Counted from the first letter of the whole stretch, positions 47,926 through 59,236 are shown. The stretch: DNA of 63,034 bases, filler included, from Diploschistes diacapsis (GCA_023645945.1; 21 parts of 21 records of this genome joined end to end with filler, not necessarily neighbours in it), one strand, 5' to 3'. The notes: generated by a model from the letters alone, not told the origin. Made by a program: numbers and translations.

Positions 47926-48241
47926 TTTTCGACGTTATACGGTCGTTATGTGGTGTTATTCTTTGAAATCAGTAGATTTAAAGAATTTTGGTAGGCGACG
48001 GCTAAGTTTTGGTTTAGTCTAAAATGACTGAAAAATGATGAAAAACGATACACAACCACTGTATAACGTCGAAAAAACGTTTTTTAATATTTTTATTAAA
48101 GTCTACGCATGATATCGCTTATAATAATATATTTAAAAAACATATTTTTTGCTACGTTATAACCGAATCTAAAACATAAAATAATACGTTTTTTCGAGTC
48201 GTTATTTCAAATAGCTTTTAAAAAATTTATTCAAAAAACCC
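47926..48241. mobile_element. Foldback/MULE-like long-TIR non-autonomous element, copy A
   Basis: A ~118-bp core bounded by TTTTCGACGTTATAC / GTATAACGTCGAAAA, then a ~180-bp arm ending AAAAAACCC. Confidence 0.55.
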
Positions 48242-48452
48242 GGGAAGTTTAGTTTAAATGAACTTATCGAGGTTTAGTTTAGTTCAGTTCAGTTAAACCT
48301 TATAAAATCCGGTGGAATTTTAACTAAATCGATCAGATATAATATAGGTAGTAAGGTTTAACGAGTCCCGTGAGGTATAAAAGTCTATATAGTAGGATTA
48401 CTTCCTAGGATAAGACTTCTAGATTTCAATATATCCATTACGTTGCCAAACA
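48242..48452 (+). mobile_element. Copia LTR (5'-truncated)
   Basis: Ends ..TCCATTACGTTGCCAAACA; reverse-complement match to 62181-62340. Confidence 0.75.
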
Positions 48453-48680
48453 AAAAAAAAGTTTTTTCGACGTTATACAGCGGTTGTGTAACGTTTCTCA
48501 TTATTTTTCAGTCATTTTAGACTAAACGAAAACTAGCCGTCGTTTATCAATTTTCTTCAAATCTACTGATTTCAAAGAATAAGACTACATAACGACTGTA
48601 TAACGTCGAAAAAACGTTTTTTTATATTTTTATTGAAGTCTACGCATGAAACCGCTTATAATAATATCTTTAAAAAACAT
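48453..48680. mobile_element. Foldback/MULE-like element, copy B (opposite orientation)
   Basis: The core is the reverse complement of the copy A core while the right arm is a direct match. Cut by an LTR on the left and by Fot1 on the right. Confidence 0.55.
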
Positions 48681-48681
48681 A

Positions 48682-49094
48682 ACGTGTTTGACGGTGAGTC
48701 CGGCCACCCCCAGAGTCCGGCCACCTGAAATCACTACCGCCAACATTCTACGGTTTTTAAATATAACCTATTCGTCGTAATTAGAATCTAATCGATCTAA
48801 ATTGAATCTATCTTCTTTTTCTTTATCCTCTTCGATTTTAGAAATACGACGACGTTTTTTACGCGTTATAAATCGTTTCGAAATTATTCGATTTAATTTA
48901 ACCCGAGCTGTTATCTTAAAAACTTCGTCTATATTAAATATCAAACGATCTTTTAATTCGATTCGTTTATTTAATTTACGTTTTTTACGATTATTAAAAA
49001 ACGTTTTTTACTTTCGGTTTTCTTTACGAAGCGTTATAAATTCAGTATACGTCAATTTAAACATACGAATTATTTAATTCGAATAACGTTAAAT
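48682..49094 (-). mobile_element. Fot1/pogo family 2 3' end
   Basis: Same TIR and body as 41059. Confidence 0.85.
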
Positions 49095-49388
49095 NNNNNN
49101 NNNNNNNNNNNNNNNNNNNNNNNNNNNNNNNNNNNNNNTTAATTAATTAANNNNNNNNNNNNNNNNNNNNNNNNNNNNNNNNNNNNNNNNNNNNCTATTA
49201 AATTTACTTAAAGTCTCGACGGATATTAAAGAAAATTTTAGTTATAAACAATAACGTCGCTTAATTAAAAATAAATTAAAGATAAACGAAAATAAATTTA
49301 ACGGAATTGACGATAAAATAACGTTCAATTTACCAAAAGATAACTATCATTTAAATATTATAGCCCGTAATTTAATATTAATTTAAAA

Positions 49389-49998
49389 TAGGCTGGCCGT
49401 TTCGTGCCACGGACACTTCCACGGACACTACCGAGAAAATTTTTAAAACACGATACTGCCACGGACACTACCGCTAAAATTTTAAAACACGGATACTTCC
49501 ACGGACATTACACTATAGTGAAAGCACGGACACGGACATTACGGTTAAAAATTTTAAAACACGGATACTTTCACGGATACTACCGTCAAAAATTTTAAAA
49601 CACGATACTGCCACGGATACTATATTATAATAAATTCACCGAAACATTACCGTGAATTTATCGAAATACCGCGATAAAAAAATAAAAGCGTAAAAAATAA
49701 ACGTAATAATTCTAAAACTATTAAAAAATAAATATTATTTAAAAGTGTTTCGGTGAATATACGGACATAATAATAAATCTATTAACACGGATATTACGAT
49801 TAAAAATTTTAAAACACGGACACTTCCACGAATACTACATTATAATAAAAGCACGAACACGGACATTACGACTAAAAATTTTAAAATACGGACATTTCCA
49901 CGGACATTGTACTGCAGTAAAAGCACGGACACGGACACTACGGCTAAAAATTTCAAAACACGGACACTGCCACGGCCGTGTCCGTGACGGCCAGCCTA
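49389..49998. mobile_element. Complete 610-bp non-autonomous hAT element
   Basis: 12-bp TIRs TAGGCTGGCCGT / ACGGCCAGCCTA and an 8-bp TSD ATTTAAAA (49381-49388 and 49999-50006). The interior is packed with CACGGACAC repeats. Confidence 0.9.
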
Positions 49999-50699
49999 AT
50001 TTAAAATAATTGTTTCAATAATACCATCGATTTTTCATCGATAATAAGATATACGCGTTAATTCCATTCTTATTATAATCTCGTTTTAACATTAAAGTTC
50101 AGTTAAATTAACTTATATGGACCTATAAGTAAACGTAAGGCGTTATGCAACGTTTTATCTTTAATATTAAAAGCAGTAACGCCCGTAAAAGCGGCACGTA
50201 AAACAAGATCGAGTCTATTACAGCAGCGTGCCTACTACAACAAATACGTAAAAATAATAGTAATAAAATACGATTTACCCGTACCGATAATTCCATCTAG
50301 ATATATTAATAGTTGTTTAAATGCATCGCCGTTCAAAACTCGATCGTAGTATTCGATAATAACNNNNNNNNNNNNNNNNNNNNNNNNNNNNNNNNNNNNN
50401 NNNNNNNTTAATTAATTAANNNNNNNNNNNNNNNNNNNNNNNNNNNNNNNNNNNNNNNNNNNNTTTATAGACACATGTCACTTAACTAACGCTAGTGATT
50501 AATAATACATAAATCTTTAATAAATGTTAGATTTCTAATTTAATATTATTTTAACTTATAATTTAATATTGATAATAAATTTAATTATCTAATATTAACA
50601 GTAATAGCAGTTCCTAATAGGTAACTAATAACTAAAAGTGTATTCTGCAACTAGTCCTAACTAATAACTAAAAATGTATTCTGCAACTAGTCCTAACTA

Positions 50700-51028
50700 G
50701 GGAATAATCCTTAGCCTACCTAGCTGAGACAGATCAGCCCAGGTACCTACCAAGCCATAACGGCAGGGTCACATGACGGGTCCCACCGGGGATAGCCGCT
50801 GCTAGCCGCGCCAAGGATGTTAGGGGGTGGCTGTGTAGGTGGGTAGTGCCCGAACCCTGGTAGGGCTGGCACCCATATTATTCATTTGTGCCCTCTTCCC
50901 ACTTAAATAATTTCTTCTCTAGCTTTTCGAATCGAGACCTTTACCCTATAAATGCTAGTTACACGTATTCCTTCCGGATCAGGTCCAATTCTCGATAATA
51001 TAACATTCTTTTCTACGTTAGCGTTTTA
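50700..51028 (-). mobile_element. Repeat family B (probable LTR) fragment
   Basis: Shares AGCTTTTCGAATCGAGACCTTT..CCTTCCGGATCAGG with 54620-54732 and 61230-61339. Confidence 0.7.
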
Positions 51029-51060
51029 TATTCGAAAAATTTATTTTATTTTCGTATTCG

Positions 51061-51488
51061 TGACGAGAATTTATGATATGGGCACAAATTAAGTGGTGGA
51101 AGTAAAGATGTATTTCAAAAGCTATGGGGGCCAGCGAGCTCTTTATAGCTACTATTGTAGCTGCTAAGCGGGTGGATGCCTAATGGCATCATGTCCCATG
51201 GCGTCACAGGCGACGCCAGCGAGGGCAGGGACAAGCGGGTCTAGTAAGAACAAGCGAGCGAACAATTTAGTAGCATCGTAGTTATTATAATATTTCCGGA
51301 CACAAAAAGCTTATACCCCCATAAGTAATATCCATAACAAGTATTAAATGATTAAGATAAACCATCGACATTTCATTCTAAAACATTATAATAATATCTC
51401 TGTTATTGCTTCCTTTTTTTTAATTTTTAAAACAACTTTGCTTCTCCATCAAGTTTATTTTTATCTCGGAGATATAGCTTTAATTCCA
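51061..51488 (+). mobile_element. LTR-like repeat family C
   Basis: Homologous to 53340-53755 (GCTCTTTATAGCTACTATTGTAGCT..GGCATCATGTCCCATG). Cut by a Fot1-type TIR (TA plus ACGTGTTTGACGG) at 51491. Confidence 0.65.
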
Positions 51489-52999
51489 TAACGTGTTTGA
51501 CGGTCATCTCGGCCCACCCCCCATCTCGGCCACTTTTGCTAAGAAATATTTTAAATCTTTAATAACTCTTCGAGTTTAATTGGCAAAGAAAGATGGAGCG
51601 AAAATCTACTTAAATACAGTAAATGCCAAGTNNNNNNNNNNNNNNNNNNNNNNNNNNNNNNNNNNNNNNNNNNNNTTAATTAATTAANNNNNNNNNNNNN
51701 NNNNNNNNNNNNNNNNNNNNNNNNNNNNNNNCGTCTAAACTACTCGATGTTTAACGGCGGTTCGTAGTTTTTTAAGATCCAACGTATAACTTCGTCGTAA
51801 AACTCTAGATCAAAAATATCGTTCTTATTTTTTAAATAGAATCGAAGTTTTACTACTCTTTAGATTATTATATCGTAATTGTTTATTCTTTTTAAACCCG
51901 GTATAAGCAATTTCAACTTTCTTAAGATCGAGAAAAAGTTACTTTCCCGATCGTAATTAACATAATCTTCTCGCTTAATCTTTAATCTGCCGAAGAAATT
52001 CCATAATTAACTAAGCTCTAGAAACATTATCAAGAAAGTTAATTGATGTAATAAGAAAAGAATACAAGACAGCCAATCTAGATAATTAATCAAAAAAATG
52101 GGCGAGATGTCTAAACATTAAATCTAGATACTGTTTAATTGTTACCTAATCGTTAAAGGGAAAATAAGCAAAACTCTTAAAGCAAAGAACAGTATAAGGA
52201 TAAGAATGATGAAGAAAGTAAATTCTATCACATCCGAGCTTTAGAAGCAAGCTCTAATCCACTAAATAGGACTAGATAGAGGAAGAAGCTCTACTGATAC
52301 TAAACTAACATTAAGAACAGAGGATTAAACCCAAGTTCGTTATTATTAAGTTGATATGCAAATCATCTATCAAATTATTGTCTGAGAAGTGAGTGTCTAT
52401 TGTAACTAATATGGAACGAAAAGCTACTTATATACAGTAGATGCCAAGCGGCATCGTCATAGATGCTGCCTACTGCAGCGAGGTCGGCACCACCTGCCAC
52501 CAGCTATACCAAGCGATCCGCCAGCAAGCCCAGTATCTACCACAATTATAGTCGGTTTTGAATAAGTTGAATGTTTTACGATAATTATTATTTATATTAA
52601 TAATAAAAGCTTTATAAATCTTATAAAGAATAAACGTACGATAGATCGTAATAAACATATCTCGATTTATTATTATTATATTCGAAAGCTTTATAAAGAC
52701 GGAGCGTTTATTCTGAAATAGGTTCTTTTAAGCGATAATTTAGTAGACGTTTTAATGAAACTTTTGGGTCGTTTAATTTTCGAGAGATTGACGAAAGTTT
52801 TTATATCTAGTATTTGAGAATTGAGCTTTTTATTTCAGAAACTTTCGATATGGATTTTTATTATAATTTAGAAGTATGGGGGTCGGCTGTCCCTTTTATN
52901 NNNNNNNNNNNNNNNNNNNNNNNNNNNNNNNNNNNNNNNNNNNTTAATTAATTAANNNNNNNNNNNNNNNNNNNNNNNNNNNNNNNNNNNNNNNNNNNN

Positions 53000-53339
53000 T
53001 GTTTGAAAAAGATGCTTATCTAATATTTAATCAGATAAACATTCTAAACGATATTAGAAAAGCAGCTTTCATCACGATAATAGATGCAGCTAAATTCTTT
53101 TATTAATTTTAAATAAAATTAAAGCACCGCTATAGATTAACCGTCGTTACGTATCGTAGTTAAAAGACTTTTTAAATACCGATAATAAATTATATCAATA
53201 TTTCGACCTACGTCCAGCGCCAGGTAAATAACTTATTACGCGATTTAAGAGCTTTCTGCCGAGTATATTAAAATAATATTATAATCTATAATGCTACGTT
53301 CGCCGAAAATCTCGACCATCTTTACCGAATCTTTATTAG
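53000..53339 (+). mobile_element. Ty3/gypsy reverse transcriptase relic
   Basis: Reads TIIDAAKFFY..FCRVY*NNIIIY; the YxDD catalytic aspartates were converted to NN by G>A. Confidence 0.8.
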
Positions 53340-53765
53340 TGTCAGTATTGACTCAAATTGATTTGTGAAGTGAAGATGCATTCCAAAAGCTATGGCTACC
53401 ATCGAGCTCTTTATAGCTACTATTGTAGCTACTAAGCGGGTGGATGCCCAATGGCATCATGTCCCATGACGTCACAGGCGATGCCAGCGAGGGCAGGGAC
53501 AAGCGAGCCCAGCAAGAACAAACGACTCTCTCTAGTAGCACTATAACTATTACAATATCCACCGATATAAAAATGCTTATGTCCATATAAACTATATTTT
53601 AAACAGATACCGAATGAGCGAGACAAAACCCTCGACATTCGTCCTAAAACATTTTAGCAATATATCTTATATTACTTCCTTTTCTCTTATCTTTAAGGCA
53701 ATTCTGCTCCTCCATCAAGCTTATTTCCACCTCGTAGATATAATTTTAATTTTATATCCTTAATA
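53340..53765 (+). mobile_element. LTR-like repeat family C inserted in gypsy RT
   Basis: Starts TGTCAG; homologous to 51061-51488. Right boundary is approximate. Confidence 0.65.
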
Positions 53766-54267
53766 GGCTTATATTTACGGCGTCGTTGTACTTCTGCTCG
53801 AACTCGACGATCCGGTTTACCGAATATCGCTATAACTTTTGTTCGGTGATCCATATATTATCGATAATATCGTATCTTACCCATCGGACTAAATACTGCG
53901 TATTTTATCCGCGTCTTTTGCGTATGCGGCGTTTAATAAGTAATCGTTTTACTTCGTACTTTTTCTCGATTCTTATTGTTATAAATAGCGGCGGTAAAGG
54001 TCGTCGGCGGTAAAGATCGTTAGCTGAATCTAACATCGGTTCGAGATATACGATGTTAATAATATCGTGAATATAATAATGGTCCGGTAATTATAATTTA
54101 TAAATTAATTTATTAATGCGCTTCAAGATCTTAAAAGATCTAATAAATTAAACGAAAAGTTTAATATNNNNNNNNNNNNNNNNNNNNNNNNNNNNNNNNN
54201 NNNNNNNNNNNTTAATTAATTAANNNNNNNNNNNNNNNNNNNNNNNNNNNNNNNNNNNNNNNNNNNN

Positions 54268-54732
54268 TAAAGATACCGCTAAAAGAGATTTAAAAAGAAG
54301 ATAACATTTATTACGAAAGAATAACGGGTATTTTTTTAAACAAATTAACGAAAAGAATGAAAATCGAGATAAATATTAATTAAAAAAGGTATTATCGCGT
54401 TTATAAGAAACATAAATATTTAAAAAGAAGAATAATAAAATAAATTAATTTAGACGTGCTAAGCCACCGGGGTCACGTAACGGCAAAATCATATGACGGG
54501 TACTAACCGTGCTAAGGATGTTAGGGGATAGCTGTGTAAGCGGGTAGAACCCGAACCCCGTAGGGTTGGTACTTACACATTATTTAGTCCTGTTATCCTC
54601 TTATTTAGATAATTTCCTTTCTAGCTTTTCGAATCGAGACCTTTTACCTGCAGATGTCTAGCTACACGTAATCCTTCCGGATCAGGCCCAGCCCCCGGTA
54701 GTGTAGTATCCCATTCCTGCGCTGGCGTTTCA
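54268..54732 (-). mobile_element. Repeat family B (probable LTR)
   Basis: Reverse complement of 47330-47795; ends GCGCTGGCGTTTCA. Confidence 0.75.
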
Positions 54733-55069
54733 AAAACGTTTATTTTTCAAAAACTGAGACTACTTAAAAGTTATAGAAAGGGCGATAATATAATATTCAT
54801 CCAGAAGCTACCGGGACGTCTAACGAACGATCTAATATCTAGTATTAGAAGTATCAACGACGGATTAATTATTTACGTTAAAAACGTATTAATTACGTAC
54901 GTTAAAGACGCATTAACGATAAAAATAAAAGTTTAATTAAATTATACTAAATTTATATTATCTGTTCTTATCGAGAATTATAATACCTTAAGGGCCCCTA
55001 CTGCCGCTTTATGTGATTATCTCGAGTTAAATGATGGTGGCCGACGGTCAGTAAGGAAGTTCTTGCGGG

Positions 55070-55435
55070 TGTTATGATCTCTATCTATACAAGGTATACA
55101 CGAGTAGGATCAAGGTGGGTTTGGTCTCTGTTAGAAGAGGAGTGTGATAGGAGAAGAAGATAGAGCAGTTATAGGTCTTGGATTGTTTCTGGAGAGAAGG
55201 TTTTCTAAGTGATAGAAGTAACGAATATAGATTGATCCCGAATAATAATTAAGGATATTTATGAAAATAAACACGTTCTGGATTCATAAAGGTTATAGCG
55301 ACGTTCTTATATAATTAACGGCTTTTTTAATAGAATAAATGAATAAATAGATAGAATTACCGTTCTTTCTTTCTATTTACGATTAAGTAGAATAGTTTTT
55401 TAGACTTTTTATTTATTACGTGACCCGTATTACCC
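55070..55435 (-). mobile_element. LTR family A (partial)
   Basis: Same terminus as 19253 and 42035. Confidence 0.85.
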
Positions 55436-55535
55436 NNNNNNNNNNNNNNNNNNNNNNNNNNNNNNNNNNNNNNNNNNNNTTAATTAATTAANNNNNNNNN
55501 NNNNNNNNNNNNNNNNNNNNNNNNNNNNNNNNNNN

Positions 55536-56702
55536 GTTATTAAGAACTGACCTCGGTTTAAATTTAGTAAAGAAACGAAAGTTATACGAAATTATTTAAG
55601 ATTCGTAAATTTTTATTAACGGTTTATTTTTAATTTTAGTAAAATCGTTAAATTCCTTTATGATTTAATTAAGATAAACACCGCGGGGGTTTAAAAAAAT
55701 AAATAAATAAAAGTTTTCGAGATTTTAAAGAAGGTCGTGTTCTTCGAATCTATAATAACGTATTTCGATTTAAATAAACGATCTTTGATAAAATATAACG
55801 CTAACGATATTATTACCGAAGATATCTTGTCTTAAAAAACTATTAACGGTATATTATAGCCCGTCGTTTATTTATTTAAGAATATAAATCCCGCTTAACG
55901 CAATTATGTAATATTAATAAGAAAATATTCGTTATTATACGATATTTCGAAAAATAGAAATTCGAATTATTAACTTTTTGTAACGCCCAAAGGTGCGCCC
56001 TAGGGTTCAGGTCCCCCTGCTGCCACAGCCACGCACCTACATATAATGTAATAGGGAAACAATGCATCGAGGTTCCTAAAAGCATTGTATTAATCTTTTG
56101 ATTCAGTAAGATAGCGCTACCCTATTAAGCACTACCCCCGCTGTTATAGTTATACTTTCATTCCCCAGGTCGTTGGTTCGAGCACAAGGCTTATCACCTA
56201 TATTATAATTGAACTTATTGCGCTACGGTTAAGCGTGCTACCCTACGGGGTCGACGTTATATAAAAACATGCGGTTAGCCCTAAATACGGCTGGGTAACC
56301 CCGCCTTTGAGTCTATAACGTAAGTATTAGAAACGGCTTAAAATATCTAACATATCCGGGGCGCTATATAAGACGTAACAGATATTAAGAGGCCAGCACT
56401 ATAGGGAGGGAAGATAGCTATAACGTCTAAAGATGCGCCCTAAGGTTCAGGTCCCCTTGTTATTACAGCCACGCACCTAAATATAGTGTAATAAGAAAAC
56501 AATGCATCGGGGTTCTTGAAAGCATTGTATTAATCTTTTAGCTCAGTAGGATAGCGCTACCCTATTAGGCACTACCCCCGCTGTTACACTTTTTTAATTA
56601 ATCGATTTATTTTAGTATTAATCGATTATAAAGTCCTCGAATACTTTATAACGAATAAGTAATTAAACCGTAAATAAGCTCGATAAACAGAATTCCTATT
56701 AT
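55536..56702 (+). mobile_element. Ty3/gypsy RNase H relic interrupted by a TRIM
   Basis: Homologous to 41576-42034. It resumes after 56593 with a RIP form of TDHKALEYF.T.KQLNRRQARW. Confidence 0.85.
55979..56588 (+). mobile_element. Complete TRIM-like miniature LTR retroelement (610 bp)
   Basis: Two 170-bp direct repeats (55979-56148 and 56419-56588; TGTAAC..GTTACA), a 270-bp non-coding interior, a polypurine tract AGGGAGGGAAGA before the second LTR, and a 5-bp TSD CTTTT on both sides. Confidence 0.88.
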
Positions 56703-57089
56703 NNNNNNNNNNNNNNNNNNNNNNNNNNNNNNNNNNNNNNNNNNNNTTAATTAATTAANNNNNNNNNNNNNNNNNNNNNNNNNNNNNNNNNNNNNNNNNN
56801 NNGAAGCGGCACTAGCTTTCAGACCACACTTATACACTGCAAGCTCACACTTTCAACAGTTCGCGCTAGGAAGTACCCCGCTCTTGAGGTAACAAGCCCT
56901 CAGGCTGGACTCCTGACAGTAGCCAGTTGCTCTGTCTGTGTAATCAATACGTCTATGCACCGATCAATCAGTTAGCTACTCACTTGCATACATACTTGCA
57001 GGGTGTACGCTTGTAACCGTCACACAACTGCTTGGACTGCACCAGACTGCACGCTCAGACCAGCATGCAGCAAAAGGGTACATCAAAAG

Positions 57090-57209
57090 ACACTACAGCA
57101 CTCAAGGTTCCCGGGCGATCACTCAGCCGAGTACTAGTTGAGCCCAATCCAGTTTGACTTCCCTGATCGGACGAGAAGGGGTATGTTCTGGATGGTATGG
57201 CCGTAGCAT
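57090..57209 (-). rRNA. 5S rRNA, copy 1 (non-ascomycete type)
   Basis: 120 nt, ATGCTACGGCCATACC..CTAGTACT..GGGAAC..GCTGTAGTGT. Helix I (ATGCTACGGC/GCTGTAGTGT) and helix II (ATCCAG/CTGGAT) pair. Followed by a TTTT Pol III terminator at 57085-57088. Confidence 0.92.
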
Positions 57210-57571
57210 GCTGCACAAGCTGTTTCTCAACTACAAGACACCATTTGGATTGGCATTCCACCAGCCTACTAGAAGTAGTAGAGGCGGCAAGCAGCTGCTG
57301 AACACACTCAGCACCCATCTGTTCCCCACACACTTCAGCATGCTGGCATTGCCGCCCTGCGTTTGCCTTCTGTTGGGAAGGCAACCTCATTGGTGCTCAC
57401 CAACACACCAATGCAACACAGTACACTGCTAGGACTGCAAGATCAAGGTGCAGCTGTTCCAGATCTGCAACACACAACTGCACAGCCACACCTGTACATG
57501 CCATATGCAGCAGACACAACTGCTTGGAGTGCACACTCAGACCAGCATGCAGCAAAAGGGTACATCTATAA

Positions 57572-57691
57572 ACACTACAGCACTCAAGGTTCCCGGGCGA
57601 TCACTCAGCCGAATACTAGTTGAGCCCAATCCAGTTTGACTTCCCTGATCGGACGAGAAGGGGTATGTTCTGTATGGTATGGCCGTAGCAT
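57572..57691 (-). rRNA. 5S rRNA, copy 2 (variant, possibly pseudogene)
   Basis: As copy 1 but with ATCCAG>ATACAG (breaks helix II), AGTACT>AGTATT, and the adjacent T-run shortened to TTT. Confidence 0.85.
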
Positions 57692-58411
57692 GCTGCACCA
57701 GCTGTTTCTCAACTACAAGACACCATTTGGATTGGCATTCCACCAGCCTGCTAGGAGTAGTAGAGGCGGCAAGCAGCTGCTGAACACACTCAGCACCCAT
57801 CTGTTCCCCACACACAACAGCATGCTGGCATTGCCGCCCTGCGTTTGCCTTCTGTTGGGAAGGCAACCTCATAGGTTCTCACCAACTCACCAATGCAACA
57901 CAGTACACTGCTAGGACTGCAAGATCAAGGTGCAGCTGTTCCAGATCTGCAACACACAACTGCACAGCCNNNNNNNNNNNNNNNNNNNNNNNNNNNNNNN
58001 NNNNNNNNNNNNNTTAATTAATTAANNNNNNNNNNNNNNNNNNNNNNNNNNNNNNNNNNNNNNNNNNNNATGTTATCCGATATAATTATAACTTTCTTTA
58101 AGGGCTGTCCGTCCGTAAGGCAGTCTTCTATAAAATAATATATAATTACGTTAAATTATAGAATGATCGCGGTTAAGATATTTTCTTTACGGATACTATT
58201 TTTACTTCTATAATCTCTAACGAAATAATTAATTTTGTTATATTTAAAATCTTTCTTTCTGAAACGCCAGCGCAGGAAAGGATGCTTCTCTACCGGGGGC
58301 TGGGCCTGATCCGGAAGGATTAGGTGTAGCTTAGGCATCTACAAATAAAAGATCTCGATTCGAAAAGCTAAAAAAAAAACTATCTAAATAAAAGGAAGAC
58401 ACCGTTAAGTA

Positions 58412-59236
58412 ACGTGTTTGACGGTGAGTCCGGCCACCCCCAGAGTCCGGCTACCTCAAATTATTACCGCCAACATTCTACGGTTTTTAAATACAATTTA
58501 TTCGTCGCAATTAAAATCTAATCGATCTAAATCGAATCTATTTTCTTTTTTTTCATCCTCCTCGATTTCAGAAATGCGACGACGTTTTTTACGCGTTATA
58601 GATCGTTTCGAAACTGTCCGACTCGATTTAACCCGAATTATTATTTTAAAAACTTCGTTTATATTAAACATAAAACGATCTTTTAATTCGATTTATTTAT
58701 TTAATTTACGTTTTTTACGATTATTAAGAAGCGTTTTTTACTTTCGATTTTCTTTACGAAACGTTGTGAACTTAGTATACGTAGATTTAAGTATACGGGT
58801 TATTAGATTTAAATAACGTCGAATCGGATTAATTAATTCTAAAACGACTCGTAACGCCTGATTAAATTCTTTATTAATTTTTCGTAGTTCGGTGGTATTT
58901 AATAGAAAATTATATAATAAGAATAAATCTAAATCGAATTGATTCGAGGTTAAAAAAGGATTATAAAATGGAAATAAAGGGATCCGATAAATCGAATAAA
59001 GTTTATTAAATACGATTATAAAATTAATAAATTATAATTTAATATTTATAAAGTTTATTTAAGCGTTTCGACTCGTAATAATTCGATTCCGAGTTATTAA
59101 AAATAATTCGATTTATTTTAAGCGTGTTATACGCGATTTATTAAGTCGAGTAATATGATCCGTCTTTTACGTTAACGCGTTTTTTAACGGCGAAAACACT
59201 GCGATATCGAATAATTAAAAAAAATAAGAATTATAC
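58412..59236 (-). mobile_element. Fot1/pogo family 2 3' portion, next to a family B fragment (58260-58400)
   Basis: TA plus the ACGTGTTTGACGG TIR, and ~800 bp of RIP-mutated transposase sequence. Confidence 0.85.

Larger units (their letters stand above)
57054..57969. repeat. Tandem 482-bp 5S rDNA repeat units (about 1.9 copies)
   Basis: 57054-57535 repeats at 57536-57969 with few substitutions. Confidence 0.95.

Noticed and set aside
47926..48625. Recombinase-driven invertible switch with lox-like arms
   Set aside because: Two oppositely oriented copies of a long-TIR foldback element explain the pattern without inversion, and no recombinase is in view. Kept only as an alternative.
49389..49998. 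CACGGACAC repeat array as a CRISPR-like locus
   Set aside because: Repeats are 9 bp with irregular, mutually similar spacers, bounded by TIRs and an 8-bp TSD; eukaryotic context and no cas genes.
57055..57914. Duplicated 111-aa and 92-aa ORFs
   Set aside because: They overlap the 5S rRNA genes and simply repeat with the 482-bp unit.
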